Virus record (IMG/VR): IMGVR_UViG_3300047275_000752
Coordinates: 1 to 64,000 of that record
Reading direction: 5' to 3' (one strand)
DNA length: 64,000 nucleotides
Source of the DNA: a virus
Lineage: Duplodnaviria > Caudoviricetes
Position 1 is the first letter of the stretch. Each line of letters begins with the position of its first letter. Shown here piece after piece: positions 51,171-59,732 of the stretch. Made by a program: the position numbers and the translations under genes. The notes under the pieces were generated by a model. It made no database searches. It was not told the origin of the DNA and saw nothing but the letters and a program-made list of their open reading frames with translations.

Positions 51171-52670
51171 ATGCAAGTCGTACATCCAATAAATAACCCT
51201 GAACTGGTAAGCTACCACCGTCCAGAGCTTGTCGGTTTGCTGCCCAGCCTTGAATTAGCATTAGATTGCTGGAGTCTGTTAGATACTGACGGCCGTGGCT
51301 CTGCCAAGGCTAAGTATTTGGTTCGAGAACAAGCGGAGCCAGCAACTGCCTACAAAGCTAGACTAGAAAGGTCTACTTATACACCGATTTACAGGGATTC
51401 AATCAAAGCGTACGCTGGTCTTCTTAGCAGATTCCAGTTAGCTGGCGCTCCTCCGAGCATGGAGACGTGGGAAAAAGACGTAGACCTCCAGGGGTCCAGC
51501 GTTCAAAGCTTTTGGAATAGATGTGATGAATATGCCATCAGAGACGGTGGTGTGTTTGTCATGGTTGACATGATGCCTGGCAACGGCTTAGACAGCAATT
51601 TCTTTGATCAACAGAGAGATGGCAGGCATCCTTACAAAATAATGATTGAAAGGAAAGATGTCATCAACTGGTCGGTGGAATATAGTGGCGGCAGGGAATT
51701 TATTCACCATGCAACCATCCGCCAGATAAAGCAAAGGATGAACCCAGATGGGTTTGGGATAAAACTTGAGCCGGTCTATTATGTACTGAAACCATACCTA
51801 ATCGAAGAGTATAATCTAGTTAAGTCAGGCAGGAAATGGACGCAAGAACTGGTTGGATCTTATCCGACTACACTGCCTGTTGTGCCACTCGTGTGGTATG
51901 GGGCATCGATGAGCAGGTTTGCTCAAGGCGATATGCCATTAAATGGTCTTGCGGAATTAAGCATTCAGCACTTCCAAAGTCGGTCGGATTTAACGGAATT
52001 GCTGCATAAATGCGCAATGCCAGTTCCGGTAAGGAAAGGTGCACCTCTTGGTCCGGACGGAAGGCCTTCTTCATTGATCATTGGACCAAATACTGCCGTA
52101 GATTTGCCGGGAGAAGGCGGAGACTTCACCTTTGCCGAACCTACTGGAAGAAGCCTGGAGCGACATCAGGCTGAAATCAGTCACATTGAGCAGTTAATGG
52201 ATAGGTCTGGTCTTAACTTCCTGTATGGAGCCAATATCAAGACCGCCACCGAGGCATCACTTAGAGCATCTCAAGTAGCATCTCAAGTAGCAGCACTTGT
52301 AAGGAACAAGACCAGCGCGTTTGGTGTAGTAATGCGCTTATGGGCCGCTTATGCGGGCGAAGAGCAGTACATCAATGCTGAATCCGGGATAGTCATCAAT
52401 GATAGCCTTATTAACAGGCCAATTGATCCTAGCGGCATCGCTCAATTAGTTAATCTCCGAAACGCAAAAATCTTGAGCACCGAAACCGTGCTAACGGAAC
52501 TACAGCGAGGAGGAGTTCTTGATCCAGACATGAGGATCAAGGAGGAAATCTCTAGAATTAAGGAAGAATTTCCGCCTGAAGAGCCGATAGTGTTAAGTAA
52601 TCCGAACAGGCAGGCTACGGGAACCGTACAGCCAGTTGTGAACCCATTAGGAAAACCAGTAAGCAGGTGA
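51171..52670 (+). CDS. portal protein (DUF4055-like)
   Basis: 499 aa; KYLVREQAEP..AYKARLERSTY, P.NGLAELSIQHFQSRSDLTELLHKCAMP, ILSTETVLTELQRGGVL. Confidence 0.8.
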   Translation: MQVVHPINNPELVSYHRPELVGLLPSLELALDCWSLLDTDGRGSAKAKYLVREQAEPATAYKARLERSTYTPIYRDSIKAYAGLLSRFQLAGAPPSMETWEKDVDLQGSSVQSFWNRCDEYAIRDGGVFVMVDMMPGNGLDSNFFDQQRDGRHPYKIMIERKDVINWSVEYSGGREFIHHATIRQIKQRMNPDGFGIKLEPVYYVLKPYLIEEYNLVKSGRKWTQELVGSYPTTLPVVPLVWYGASMSRFAQGDMPLNGLAELSIQHFQSRSDLTELLHKCAMPVPVRKGAPLGPDGRPSSLIIGPNTAVDLPGEGGDFTFAEPTGRSLERHQAEISHIEQLMDRSGLNFLYGANIKTATEASLRASQVASQVAALVRNKTSAFGVVMRLWAAYAGEEQYINAESGIVINDSLINRPIDPSGIAQLVNLRNAKILSTETVLTELQRGGVLDPDMRIKEEISRIKEEFPPEEPIVLSNPNRQATGTVQPVVNPLGKPVSR

Positions 52671-52716
52671 TGCCAGTTATCCGGCCTCCTTATACTGAAT
52701 AAAAGGATCCCAATCA

Positions 52717-52923
52717 ATGATTACCGCCAGGATTTATTTTAAGCCAGAATACTCCCAGTGCTTCATCCAGTCGGATGGCGGCTCGCAGTCAATCATTGAG
52801 CAAGTCTTTAGCTGTCCTGAGGAACTCATAGAAACACTTAAGGAGTTTGAACCTTTTATTTTAGAATGCACCACCGTTATTAACGGTAAAATGCTTTCAT
52901 TAAGTTCCTTTAAAGCTAAGTGA
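52717..52923 (+). CDS. hypothetical protein
   Basis: 68-aa ORF in operon context. Confidence 0.5.
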   Translation: MITARIYFKPEYSQCFIQSDGGSQSIIEQVFSCPEELIETLKEFEPFILECTTVINGKMLSLSSFKAK

Positions 52924-53273
52924 GTCATCCGCTTCCCAGCGGTAAATGGTTAAGATCACCTGGCGGCAATTTCGCCTACCGGGTGCTCGGTCCGTGCTGC
53001 CGCCTGTTCGATCGTGAGGAACTGCCCTGGCCGTGCTGCCGCCTGGCCTGGCGCAGTAAGGAGCCGAGCTGGAACAGGATAGGTAAGCGGTTTGTCCCAG
53101 ACATAGCAGCTTCCCGTTGCCCGAGCTACGCTGTGGAAGCCGTAGATCAGTGGGGAGGCCTATGGATCCAAGTCTTGACCCTTTATCAAATCAGGCTAAC
53201 CACAGCCGAGAAGGAATGGTGGGTGACCAGGAAGCCAGCAAGCAAGGGCTACCCAGCACTAGATCAGGCATAA
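52920..53273 (+). CDS. hypothetical protein
   Basis: GTGA overlap; GPCCRLFDREELPWPCCRLAWRSKEPSW. Confidence 0.65.
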   Translation: MSHPLPSGKWLRSPGGNFAYRVLGPCCRLFDREELPWPCCRLAWRSKEPSWNRIGKRFVPDIAASRCPSYAVEAVDQWGGLWIQVLTLYQIRLTTAEKEWWVTRKPASKGYPALDQA

Positions 53274-53377
53274 ACTGGACCAGAATCCTGGCCGAGCGTG
53301 GTCTTGAGTCACCTGGCTATCATGAAGTGATTGCTAAGATGAAGCAAGAGGGCCGCATTAAATCTAAAGCACCTTAG
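53216..53377 (+). CDS. small hypothetical protein
   Basis: INWTRILAERGLESPGYHEV; start uncertain. Confidence 0.4.
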   Translation: MVGDQEASKQGLPSTRSGINWTRILAERGLESPGYHEVIAKMKQEGRIKSKAP

Positions 53378-53412
53378 ACTGGGCATGCCTGATACGATTA
53401 TCGAGCCAAGTC

Positions 53413-53673
53413 ATGACGAGCCAGTGCACGGAACGTCTTGTCTATTTCAAGCGTGCTGCGGAGATTCTCTCAACTGTGTTCACCAGCCCTCCTCCCAGCT
53501 TATTTAAGCAAGCCGACCAGAGCGGATGTCTTTCTGAATTTGAAAGGCTTTGTGAAGAGATGCGGGAATTCTTGAGTGACGAGGACTACCTTGGTGACCT
53601 GGCCTGGTCGGAGTCTGGCGATCAAGACGACGAAGAGGACGAGGACGAGTGTTTCGAATTGTTACAATTGTAA
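53413..53673 (+). CDS. small acidic hypothetical protein
   Basis: C-terminal [10 protein letters not shown]. Confidence 0.55.
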   Translation: MTSQCTERLVYFKRAAEILSTVFTSPPPSLFKQADQSGCLSEFERLCEEMREFLSDEDYLGDLAWSESGDQDDEEDEDECFELLQL

Positions 53674-53726
53674 CAACCAGGACCCCGGTCCACGCTAGGA
53701 TCGGGGTTCGTTCACAGGCAAATTCC

Positions 53727-54281
53727 ATGAATACAGTTGAGTTCAGGCTTCCCGAGAAATCTGAGCGCTACACAACCAGTCAGCGCAGGTCGAACAAACC
53801 TGTCACATACTTCGCTTGTTCGATGATCGACAAATTTGTCGACGATGAACTTGATGTCGGTACGTTTACATGTCACAACACTCAAGTTGATTGCGAAAAG
53901 TCTGGTAGCGTCAGGACACTGTCTATTTATCTGCACGAAACAAAGCTTCTTAGCCTGTCTCTTGATAAGCACGGAGACTCTATCTATCTGCAACTGTCGA
54001 TCGGTGACCGTTTCATGAAATACTCGGGCCATCCGGCCAGCGCAGTCGTTGAAAGGATGAATGGTATTTTGGACACACTTGGGTATCATAGTTTCATACC
54101 GGTTGGTGTCAGGTTGTTCCGTAATCCTGAAAGCGATACCTTCTTCATTGGTGTCGGAAGTGGCGGTGGTTTGGTAGTGCCTGTTGGCAGGGATTACGCA
54201 AAGAATATCCTGATTGAATCGGATCCTGATGAGCTGATCATCATTGCCCACGATTGCAAACGACAAGATGACAAAGACTGA
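53727..54281 (+). CDS. hypothetical protein
   Basis: start reassigned to MNTVEF. Confidence 0.6.
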   Translation: MNTVEFRLPEKSERYTTSQRRSNKPVTYFACSMIDKFVDDELDVGTFTCHNTQVDCEKSGSVRTLSIYLHETKLLSLSLDKHGDSIYLQLSIGDRFMKYSGHPASAVVERMNGILDTLGYHSFIPVGVRLFRNPESDTFFIGVGSGGGLVVPVGRDYAKNILIESDPDELIIIAHDCKRQDDKD

Positions 54282-54549
54282 AGAGTATCCCACATGGATC
54301 TGCGAGGAATGTGGGATCAAACATGGCAGGTGGTTTCCTAAAGATGGAACTTACATAGGTCCATCACCTCTTTGTGCTACATATCATGTCGATCGATGCG
54401 ATATGTGTAACAAAGATGGGGTAATGGTTACGGAGCCGAGAGATTTTGGTTACCTGAAAAGGGATTCTTTGTTAGAATATACAGAGAACCTTGCGCACTT
54501 CAGGTATGCCAATAATGTTGGCAAAAAATCTCGGAAGATTGGGAAATAG
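54268..54549 (+). CDS. zinc-finger hypothetical protein
   Basis: [20 protein letters not shown]. Confidence 0.6.
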   Translation: MTKTEEYPTWICEECGIKHGRWFPKDGTYIGPSPLCATYHVDRCDMCNKDGVMVTEPRDFGYLKRDSLLEYTENLAHFRYANNVGKKSRKIGK

Positions 54550-54729
54550 AGTCTTACTCGAATTCCTTTGGATCCGTCAAACGAGTAAACCAAGGCCAGA
54601 CTTTTCTGTTTCATTGTCAATCAGCTTCCGTCACGGGCTGGGAGTAAGCATGCTTACACCAGCCTTTTTGGCTGAAATCAGCTTGCTTCCAGATATAAGG
54701 TCTACTCATTATTACTATATGGAGCATTT

Positions 54730-54927
54730 TTGATGATTGATACGACTGGTCTGAATCTGAGGACGTATCCAAGCAGCCTGAAAATGTACAAGCTGATATA
54801 TAATGACGATACCTCTGCTACATTATTTGGCTGTGGCGCAGCCAATGCAATTGCTATTTCAAAAATGAAATGGCCTCACCTGGAAGTGACGGACATCCAA
54901 ACACTGGATGATTCATGGAGGAATTGA
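54730..54927 (+). CDS. small hypothetical protein
   Basis: 65-aa ORF. Confidence 0.45.
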   Translation: MMIDTTGLNLRTYPSSLKMYKLIYNDDTSATLFGCGAANAIAISKMKWPHLEVTDIQTLDDSWRN

Positions 54928-55001
54928 ATTAAGAAAAAATAAAGACTTCGACGATCCCTCCTAGACTTGGTAGCCTATTCCGATGTTGTGCTATGCTGGC
55001 A

Positions 55002-55066
55002 TCAACCAGTTACCTGAAACGGTGACTCCCTAACGGGATTTGGCTACTGGATGGCAGTAGCGTTGA
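55002..55066 (+). ncRNA. candidate structured 5' leader (four-way junction) of the rlpA-like gene
   Basis: TCAAC/GTTGA closes three hairpins: AGTTACC/GGTGACT, CCC/GGG and GCTACTG/CAGTAGC. Confidence 0.4.
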
Positions 55067-55081
55067 GTTCTGTTCTGACTA

Positions 55082-55450
55082 TTGCTTAAAACACTTCTTT
55101 CGACTGCCGCTTTTGCAGTATCAGGATTCCTCCTGTTGCCTGCAAGAGCGGCAGTTTCACAATGCACTTTTGCTTCTCATTATGGTGTCGGCGATGGTTA
55201 CCATGGTAAATCAACTGCAAATGGAGAAAAGTTCAATGCCTATGGTAAAACCGCTGCTCACCGAACACTGCCATTTGGCACCAGGCTGCTTGTGCAAAAT
55301 CCGGCCAACAACAAAACAGTAGTGGTAAGGATCAATGATCGAGGCCCCTTTCACGCTGGACGTGACATTGATCTGAGCTACGGCGCGTTTGGCGAGCTTG
55401 CCGGCACTGGTACTGGCGTTACAAAAGTTTGCTATTCGAGGATTGCATAA
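55082..55450 (+). CDS. rlpA: RlpA-like double-psi beta-barrel lytic transglycosylase
   Basis: signal peptide; ASHYG..STANGEKFN..TAAHRTLPFGT..VVVRINDRGPF..RDIDLSYGAF. Confidence 0.9.
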   Translation: MLKTLLSTAAFAVSGFLLLPARAAVSQCTFASHYGVGDGYHGKSTANGEKFNAYGKTAAHRTLPFGTRLLVQNPANNKTVVVRINDRGPFHAGRDIDLSYGAFGELAGTGTGVTKVCYSRIA

Positions 55451-55470
55451 CGCCAAGTGGCGGTTACCCT

Positions 55471-55493
55471 GGGGGCTATGCCCCCTTTTTTTT
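55471..55493 (+). terminator. intrinsic terminator
   Basis: GGGGGC-TAT-GCCCCC followed by T8. Confidence 0.8.
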
Positions 55494-56036
55494 ATGGTCG
55501 ACTTCCAGTTCAGCCAGGAGCAGCGTCTAAGGGCCTATCACGAAGGCCTTAGGCGTCAGTCGATCAATGAGTCCAAGGGGCTCAAGGGGCGCAACAAGGC
55601 CCCTGTAGCGGGCCGAGAAGCCCAGGAGATGCATCTACTCGGAGCGGCCGGTGAAATGGCCGTAGCGGCCTTCCTGGGGCTGGAGGAATACCTTTATGGC
55701 GACGAGATGCCCGTCAGGGGATCTTGTGACTTACCTGGTATAGATGTAAAAGCAAGAAAACGGCATTGGCATGATTTGCTGATCCAGCTAGATGATGATC
55801 CAAGCAAGGTCTTCGTTTTAGTTACGATTCATAACAAAAGGACACTGATACACGGATGGATAACTGGTTTTGATGGCATGCAGGAATCCTGGATAAGATC
55901 ATTTCAGAAAGATAGGCCTTGTTATGCTGTGCCAAAGAGTCAACTGAAACCCATGGAGGAACTTCAATGTCGAGTGGCTGCTGTTTTGAAAGAGAAGACT
56001 GCTGGCTTGAATGGGAAGAAGATGAAGCTATTTTGA
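55494..56036 (+). CDS. hypothetical protein, possible PD-(D/E)XK-like nuclease
   Basis: GAAGEMAVAAFLG..CDL..IDVK. Confidence 0.5.
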   Translation: MVDFQFSQEQRLRAYHEGLRRQSINESKGLKGRNKAPVAGREAQEMHLLGAAGEMAVAAFLGLEEYLYGDEMPVRGSCDLPGIDVKARKRHWHDLLIQLDDDPSKVFVLVTIHNKRTLIHGWITGFDGMQESWIRSFQKDRPCYAVPKSQLKPMEELQCRVAAVLKEKTAGLNGKKMKLF

Positions 56037-56155
56037 ACTTTTCGCAAAATGCAATAGATTATCTTGGCTGGCAAGTTGGGGACGAGCTAAACTTTGAGGT
56101 ATGTGGGGATGGTTCGGTGATAATCAAAAAATGCACAAGTGATCAAGATGGATGA
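55967..56155 (+). CDS. AbrB/MazE-like small DNA-binding protein
   Basis: AILNFSQNAIDYLGWQVGDELNFEV..DGSVIIKK; start uncertain. Confidence 0.6.
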   Translation: MSSGCCFEREDCWLEWEEDEAILNFSQNAIDYLGWQVGDELNFEVCGDGSVIIKKCTSDQDG

Positions 56156-56360
56156 CAAACCACTTACGATCAACGAACTCAGAAGGGTAGCCGCTGCAAA
56201 AGCTTGGAATGCTTGTCGATCAGACAATGATCCAATACAAGTGCCGGAAAATTTCTACTACATAGTCGACTTAATCATAAAGGAATGCTATGTAAATCTT
56301 GACAAGATGATTCTTTGTGTTATAAAACAAAGACTAGATTCCCTGTATGATACGAAATGA
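56139..56360 (+). CDS. hypothetical protein
   Basis: 73-aa ORF overlapping its neighbours. Confidence 0.45.
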   Translation: MIKMDDKPLTINELRRVAAAKAWNACRSDNDPIQVPENFYYIVDLIIKECYVNLDKMILCVIKQRLDSLYDTK

Positions 56361-56506
56361 AAGAGGAAGAAATCCTAAAGCTGATAAACGCTAAGATCCG
56401 TGACCACGAGATCAGGGTCGCAATCGTATCGGGTATCATAGGCCTGTCCATGACGGCAGGAATTATCCATGCGATTCATCTCAACCACGTCTTACTGCTC
56501 TCTTGA
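56357..56506 (+). CDS. small membrane protein (49 aa, not in the ORF track)
   Basis: MKEEEILKLINAKIRDHEIRVAIVSGIIGLSMTAGIIHAIHLNHVLLLS; ATGA overlap. Confidence 0.55.
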   Translation: MKEEEILKLINAKIRDHEIRVAIVSGIIGLSMTAGIIHAIHLNHVLLLS

Positions 56507-56669
56507 CGCAAGACCGAGTCTCACTCAGGAAGAGTGGGATGAGCTGGTTGTTTTGAAAAACGCAATAAGCTACTTGCCAAGCACAGTGCATCCAGCTAAG
56601 ATGCAAAGGTTCAGCCAGCTATTCGCTAAGAGCTTGCTGGGTAAAGGTGATCCGATCATTGAACAATGA
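56469..56669 (+). CDS. hypothetical protein
   Basis: LTQEEWDELVVLKNAISYLPSTVHPAKMQRF. Confidence 0.55.
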   Translation: MRFISTTSYCSLDARPSLTQEEWDELVVLKNAISYLPSTVHPAKMQRFSQLFAKSLLGKGDPIIEQ

Positions 56670-56896
56670 CACCAAATGTTGATTATTCTGCTTCCCACGA
56701 GAAGGATGGATTTTACTTCAAGCATAAAGTCGGCAATAATTGGTTTAAAATGCAAATTTCTTACCATGACTGTTTACAGATTGTTGTTGCTTTTACTCAT
56801 TTCTTGCTTGGGTGCGGATTCTCTAGTGAGCTTGTCATCAACGGATTGCGACACGCCATCAACGACCTAGAAACGTCTCGTCAGCCAAGGAGCTGA
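56666..56896 (+). CDS. hypothetical protein
   Basis: ATGA overlap; followed by a terminator. Confidence 0.5.
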   Translation: MTPNVDYSASHEKDGFYFKHKVGNNWFKMQISYHDCLQIVVAFTHFLLGCGFSSELVINGLRHAINDLETSRQPRS

Positions 56897-56901
56897 CAAC
56901 C

Positions 56902-56922
56902 GCCCCTTCCAAGGGGCTTTTT
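56902..56922 (+). terminator. intrinsic terminator
   Basis: GCCCCT-TCCA-AGGGGC followed by TTTTT. Confidence 0.75.
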
Positions 56923-56923
56923 A

Positions 56924-57421
56924 ATGAAATGTTTCCATTTCTTAAGAAATCCCAAATATCGGCACTTGCTGACCTATGGCTGGTCTATGGTTGAGACACA
57001 GGGAGATCCCTGGTACTACCGCAAACACACACACCCCATGGAAAGGACTATTAACTTCTCTGATGTCATTAGCTATGATTTCAATGTGATTGGGTCGGAT
57101 ATGTTTCTTGAATTATCCCAACAAGACTCTGAAACAAAAATCAAGATCGCCATCAGAACAGCCGACAAAGGAAAACCCATTAGCGATCAGATGAAACTTT
57201 TGCCGGCCGCGATAAGTCACAACACAGCAGTCACCAAGAAGCGCAACTTACGGACTAAAATGACAGAAGAAGCTGTCAAAGAAATCAGAAGCAACTGGGA
57301 GCAGGTTGTTAAAGCGTGTGGCACCAAGAACGCTGCGGCTGAACGCTTAGCAAAAATTTACAATTGCAGCTCTAAGAATATCTACGCAATTATTTACAGG
57401 TATTCATGGGCACACGTCTGA
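56924..57421 (+). CDS. hypothetical protein with C-terminal HTH
   Basis: KMTEEAVKEIR..AAERLAKIYNCSSKNIYAIIYRYSWAHV. Confidence 0.6.
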   Translation: MKCFHFLRNPKYRHLLTYGWSMVETQGDPWYYRKHTHPMERTINFSDVISYDFNVIGSDMFLELSQQDSETKIKIAIRTADKGKPISDQMKLLPAAISHNTAVTKKRNLRTKMTEEAVKEIRSNWEQVVKACGTKNAAAERLAKIYNCSSKNIYAIIYRYSWAHV

Positions 57422-57481
57422 CCTAGGTCGTTAGACTGTCCTCGAAGGCGGTAGACGCGTCTTCGGGTGTGAGGTAAACTG

Positions 57482-57513
57482 GCACCAGTCATCCCCTAGA
57501 CTGGTGCTTTTTT
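57482..57513 (+). terminator. intrinsic terminator
   Basis: GCACCAGTC-N8-GACTGGTGC followed by TTTTTT. Confidence 0.8.
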
Positions 57514-57903
57514 ATGCCTAACGATCATCCTACGATCGAGGTGTCGACAGAATTCACCGATTCCGTTGTCTTGGATTATTATCCGCATGAAACAAAAGAG
57601 AGGATAGTCGAAACAAGTGTTAGCTACGACGGAGAAGTATTTTGCGTAGACTGCTGTTATGCTTTTTCTGACGAGATCCATGATTCCAATAAATGGGACC
57701 AGGAGGGCATCACTACCTTCGGATGGCGGCATGCCAACCTTGTGATATGCTCATTATTGGCATTACTAGAAGCGTACGGTCAGCCACATTTGTTAAATGA
57801 CGCGGACATACAGGAGGATTTCTCCAGAATGGTTCAGGAGACCAAAAACTCTTATGCTGAAAAAGCATTTGAGCAAATACGTAATGGACTCAAAAGAGAA
57901 TGA
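57514..57903 (+). CDS. hypothetical protein
   Basis: 129 aa, acidic. Confidence 0.55.
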   Translation: MPNDHPTIEVSTEFTDSVVLDYYPHETKERIVETSVSYDGEVFCVDCCYAFSDEIHDSNKWDQEGITTFGWRHANLVICSLLALLEAYGQPHLLNDADIQEDFSRMVQETKNSYAEKAFEQIRNGLKRE

Positions 57904-58036
57904 CTTTCGGTTTTCTGGTGTCAATAGGGCTAAGTCTTTGAAGCCATTGACTGCATGGGATGATAAAAAAGTAGCAGCTCGTGCAGAAGTGTATGATTAT
58001 GATAGTAAACGATGGAATCTTAATAGGAACCATTAA
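57884..58036 (+). CDS. small hypothetical protein
   Basis: MDSKENDFRFSGVNRAKSLKPLTAWDDKKVAARAEVYDY. Confidence 0.5.
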   Translation: MDSKENDFRFSGVNRAKSLKPLTAWDDKKVAARAEVYDYDSKRWNLNRNH

Positions 58037-58057
58037 AATGTCAGGGAAGTCAATGCA

Positions 58058-58267
58058 ATGATCATTGACCCATCAAAAAGGACATGGAATACGTCCGTGC
58101 GCTCCCCATGGAATGCACGGATTTTTCATATTTTAAAGTCAATCGATGCACATAATGAATTGTATTTTCGCACCTTAGATGACTGGCATCTTGAGCAAGC
58201 CAGTTATCTTAGACATTATTTGAATTCATTAAAGACCTGGATTAAAGATCAGGAATCCGATCGGTAG
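58058..58267 (+). CDS. hypothetical protein
   Basis: RTWNT.VRSPWNA.I..ILKSIDAHN..W HLEQA..LR.Y..LKTWI-type small protein. Confidence 0.55.
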   Translation: MIIDPSKRTWNTSVRSPWNARIFHILKSIDAHNELYFRTLDDWHLEQASYLRHYLNSLKTWIKDQESDR

Positions 58268-58518
58268 CCGCCAGAAATCCTCCTGAGGTATCTAAGCCCA
58301 GAGGTTAATGAATAACTTTCCGGCCTGGTGCTGGGTGAATCATTCCACTTGATAAGTAAGTCATGACGGAGAGGGCCACGTTCAAAGTTAACCTTGAAAT
58401 TATTTTGCTTAGCAAGATCAACTAATTCTGTCACGGACCCGCAGTATTTCAGCCGGTCATGAATGATTAATTCAGGTCTTTGATCGTAAAGTTCCCCGTA
58501 TGCATTGTAATCAGTCAT
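58249..58518 (-). CDS. hypothetical protein
   Basis: 89-aa ORF convergent on the previous gene. Confidence 0.45.
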   Translation of the reverse strand: MTDYNAYGELYDQRPELIIHDRLKYCGSVTELVDLAKQNNFKVNFERGPLRHDLLIKWNDSPSTRPESYSLTSGLRYLRRISGGYRSDS

Positions 58519-58758
58519 TGGCTGTATTCCTAGTAGGCTTCATTTATCCGGATTACTGATAAATGTGATTTATCCGGTTTCCTGATATTCTACCTATGAC
58601 ATGTTAGAATGCGTTCATCGCCAAGGGTCGCTTTTCATTGCTTACTGGTCGTGCAGTTAGAACGTGTTGACGAATTGTATTCACATACCGTCTGCAGGGC
58701 CATGAATAGCCCTGCCAGCAAGATGCTGTAGCCAGACAGGAGTGCTACAACAAAAAAT

Positions 58759-58899
58759 TCAGCTCTTCTTAGTCCGCTTTCTGCTTTTTGATTGGCTGAG
58801 GGCGATTGCTTGCGCTTGTTTCGGATCATAACCCTCTTTGATTAACTTGCTGATGTTAGAGCTGATCGTTTTCTGACCGCTTCCTTTCTTTAAAGGCAT
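58759..58899 (-). CDS. small basic protein (46 aa, not in the ORF track)
   Basis: [46 protein letters not shown]. Confidence 0.7.
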   Translation of the reverse strand: MPLKKGSGQKTISSNISKLIKEGYDPKQAQAIALSQSKSRKRTKKS

Positions 58900-59001
58900 T
58901 ACAGGACTCCAAGCTGTCTAACATTAGAACCCAAACAACAAATGCTCCGGTCCCTAGTAATACGATTCCGATACCGATGGAAACATCCCACGGAAAGTCA
59001 G

Positions 59002-59250
59002 TCATTTCTGTTTGTTATCGGGATTAAGTTCTTGCATTAGATACTGACGTAAAGCTCTGTCAGAGGGTGTTGGTACCGGTTTCAGGTCGATTTCGAGTAC
59101 TCTCAGTCGTATTTGGCGAGCGTAATAGTCATCTAATTGGCGTTTCACCTCTTGTGACTTGGCGTATCTGGAATCGATGGTCACAGTTGTCGTAACAACA
59201 CCAACAACAAAAGCTAAAATTGCGCCGATTATTTGGATGTGCTTTTCCAT
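59002..59250 (-). CDS. N-terminally anchored membrane protein
   Basis: start reassigned to MEKHIQIIGAILAFVVGVV. Confidence 0.55.
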   Translation of the reverse strand: MEKHIQIIGAILAFVVGVVTTTVTIDSRYAKSQEVKRQLDDYYARQIRLRVLEIDLKPVPTPSDRALRQYLMQELNPDNKQK

Positions 59251-59254
59251 ACAC

Positions 59255-59545
59255 TCACCAGAGTTCCCGATTGCTCCAATATGCACCCGAAAGTTTGCCT
59301 CGTGCAATATTCTTTGCATGCCTGCTTTTAAATGACTTGCGCCGTGCCTTATCCTTGGCAGAATCTCCTGAACCAGGCTTGCCGGCAGTCGTCATTTTCT
59401 GATCGCCGAAGCGCACGAGTTTCACCTTATCGCCTTCCTTGGCAAGGACTACACCCTTCTTGGTCGGATGATCTGGTGTGCGCTTTGGCTTATTGTAACC
59501 CTGTAGGCCGTACCGCTTCAAGCGTGGATCTTGTTTCGGTGCCAT
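59255..59545 (-). CDS. conserved basic phage protein
   Basis: GYNKPKRTPDHPTKKGVVLAKEGDKVKLVRFG..ARRKSFKSRH..SGAYWSNRELW. Confidence 0.7.
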   Translation of the reverse strand: MAPKQDPRLKRYGLQGYNKPKRTPDHPTKKGVVLAKEGDKVKLVRFGDQKMTTAGKPGSGDSAKDKARRKSFKSRHAKNIARGKLSGAYWSNRELW

Positions 59546-59703
59546 TACTTTTTGCCCTTTTTCGCTGTTTTTGCTGCGGCACGAAAATCTGCGGCACTAG
59601 GCGCACCCTTGGCCCCAGGTTTCCGCATGCGCTCGTCGCTACCCTGCTCTATCCGCCGACGTTTTGCTGCAATATTGGCATATAAGCCAGGTTTCTTTGC
59701 CAT
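59545..59703 (-). CDS. small basic protein (52 aa, not in the ORF track)
   Basis: MAKKPGLYANIAAKRRRIEQGSDERMRKPGAKGAPSAADFRAAAKTAKKGKK; TAATG overlap. Confidence 0.7.
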   Translation of the reverse strand: MAKKPGLYANIAAKRRRIEQGSDERMRKPGAKGAPSAADFRAAAKTAKKGKK

Positions 59704-59723
59704 AGTTTAAAATGCCAACTTAC

Positions 59724-59732
59724 TAGATTACC
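59724..59732 (-). promoter_or_regulatory. putative late promoter (GGTAATCTA)
   Basis: 20 nt before ATG 59703 on the minus strand. Confidence 0.65.

Noticed and set aside
58635-58829. ORF-track ORF MIRNKRK...
   Set aside because: Its 5' part overlaps the better-supported basic protein at 58759-58899 in another frame; a shorter membrane peptide cannot be excluded.
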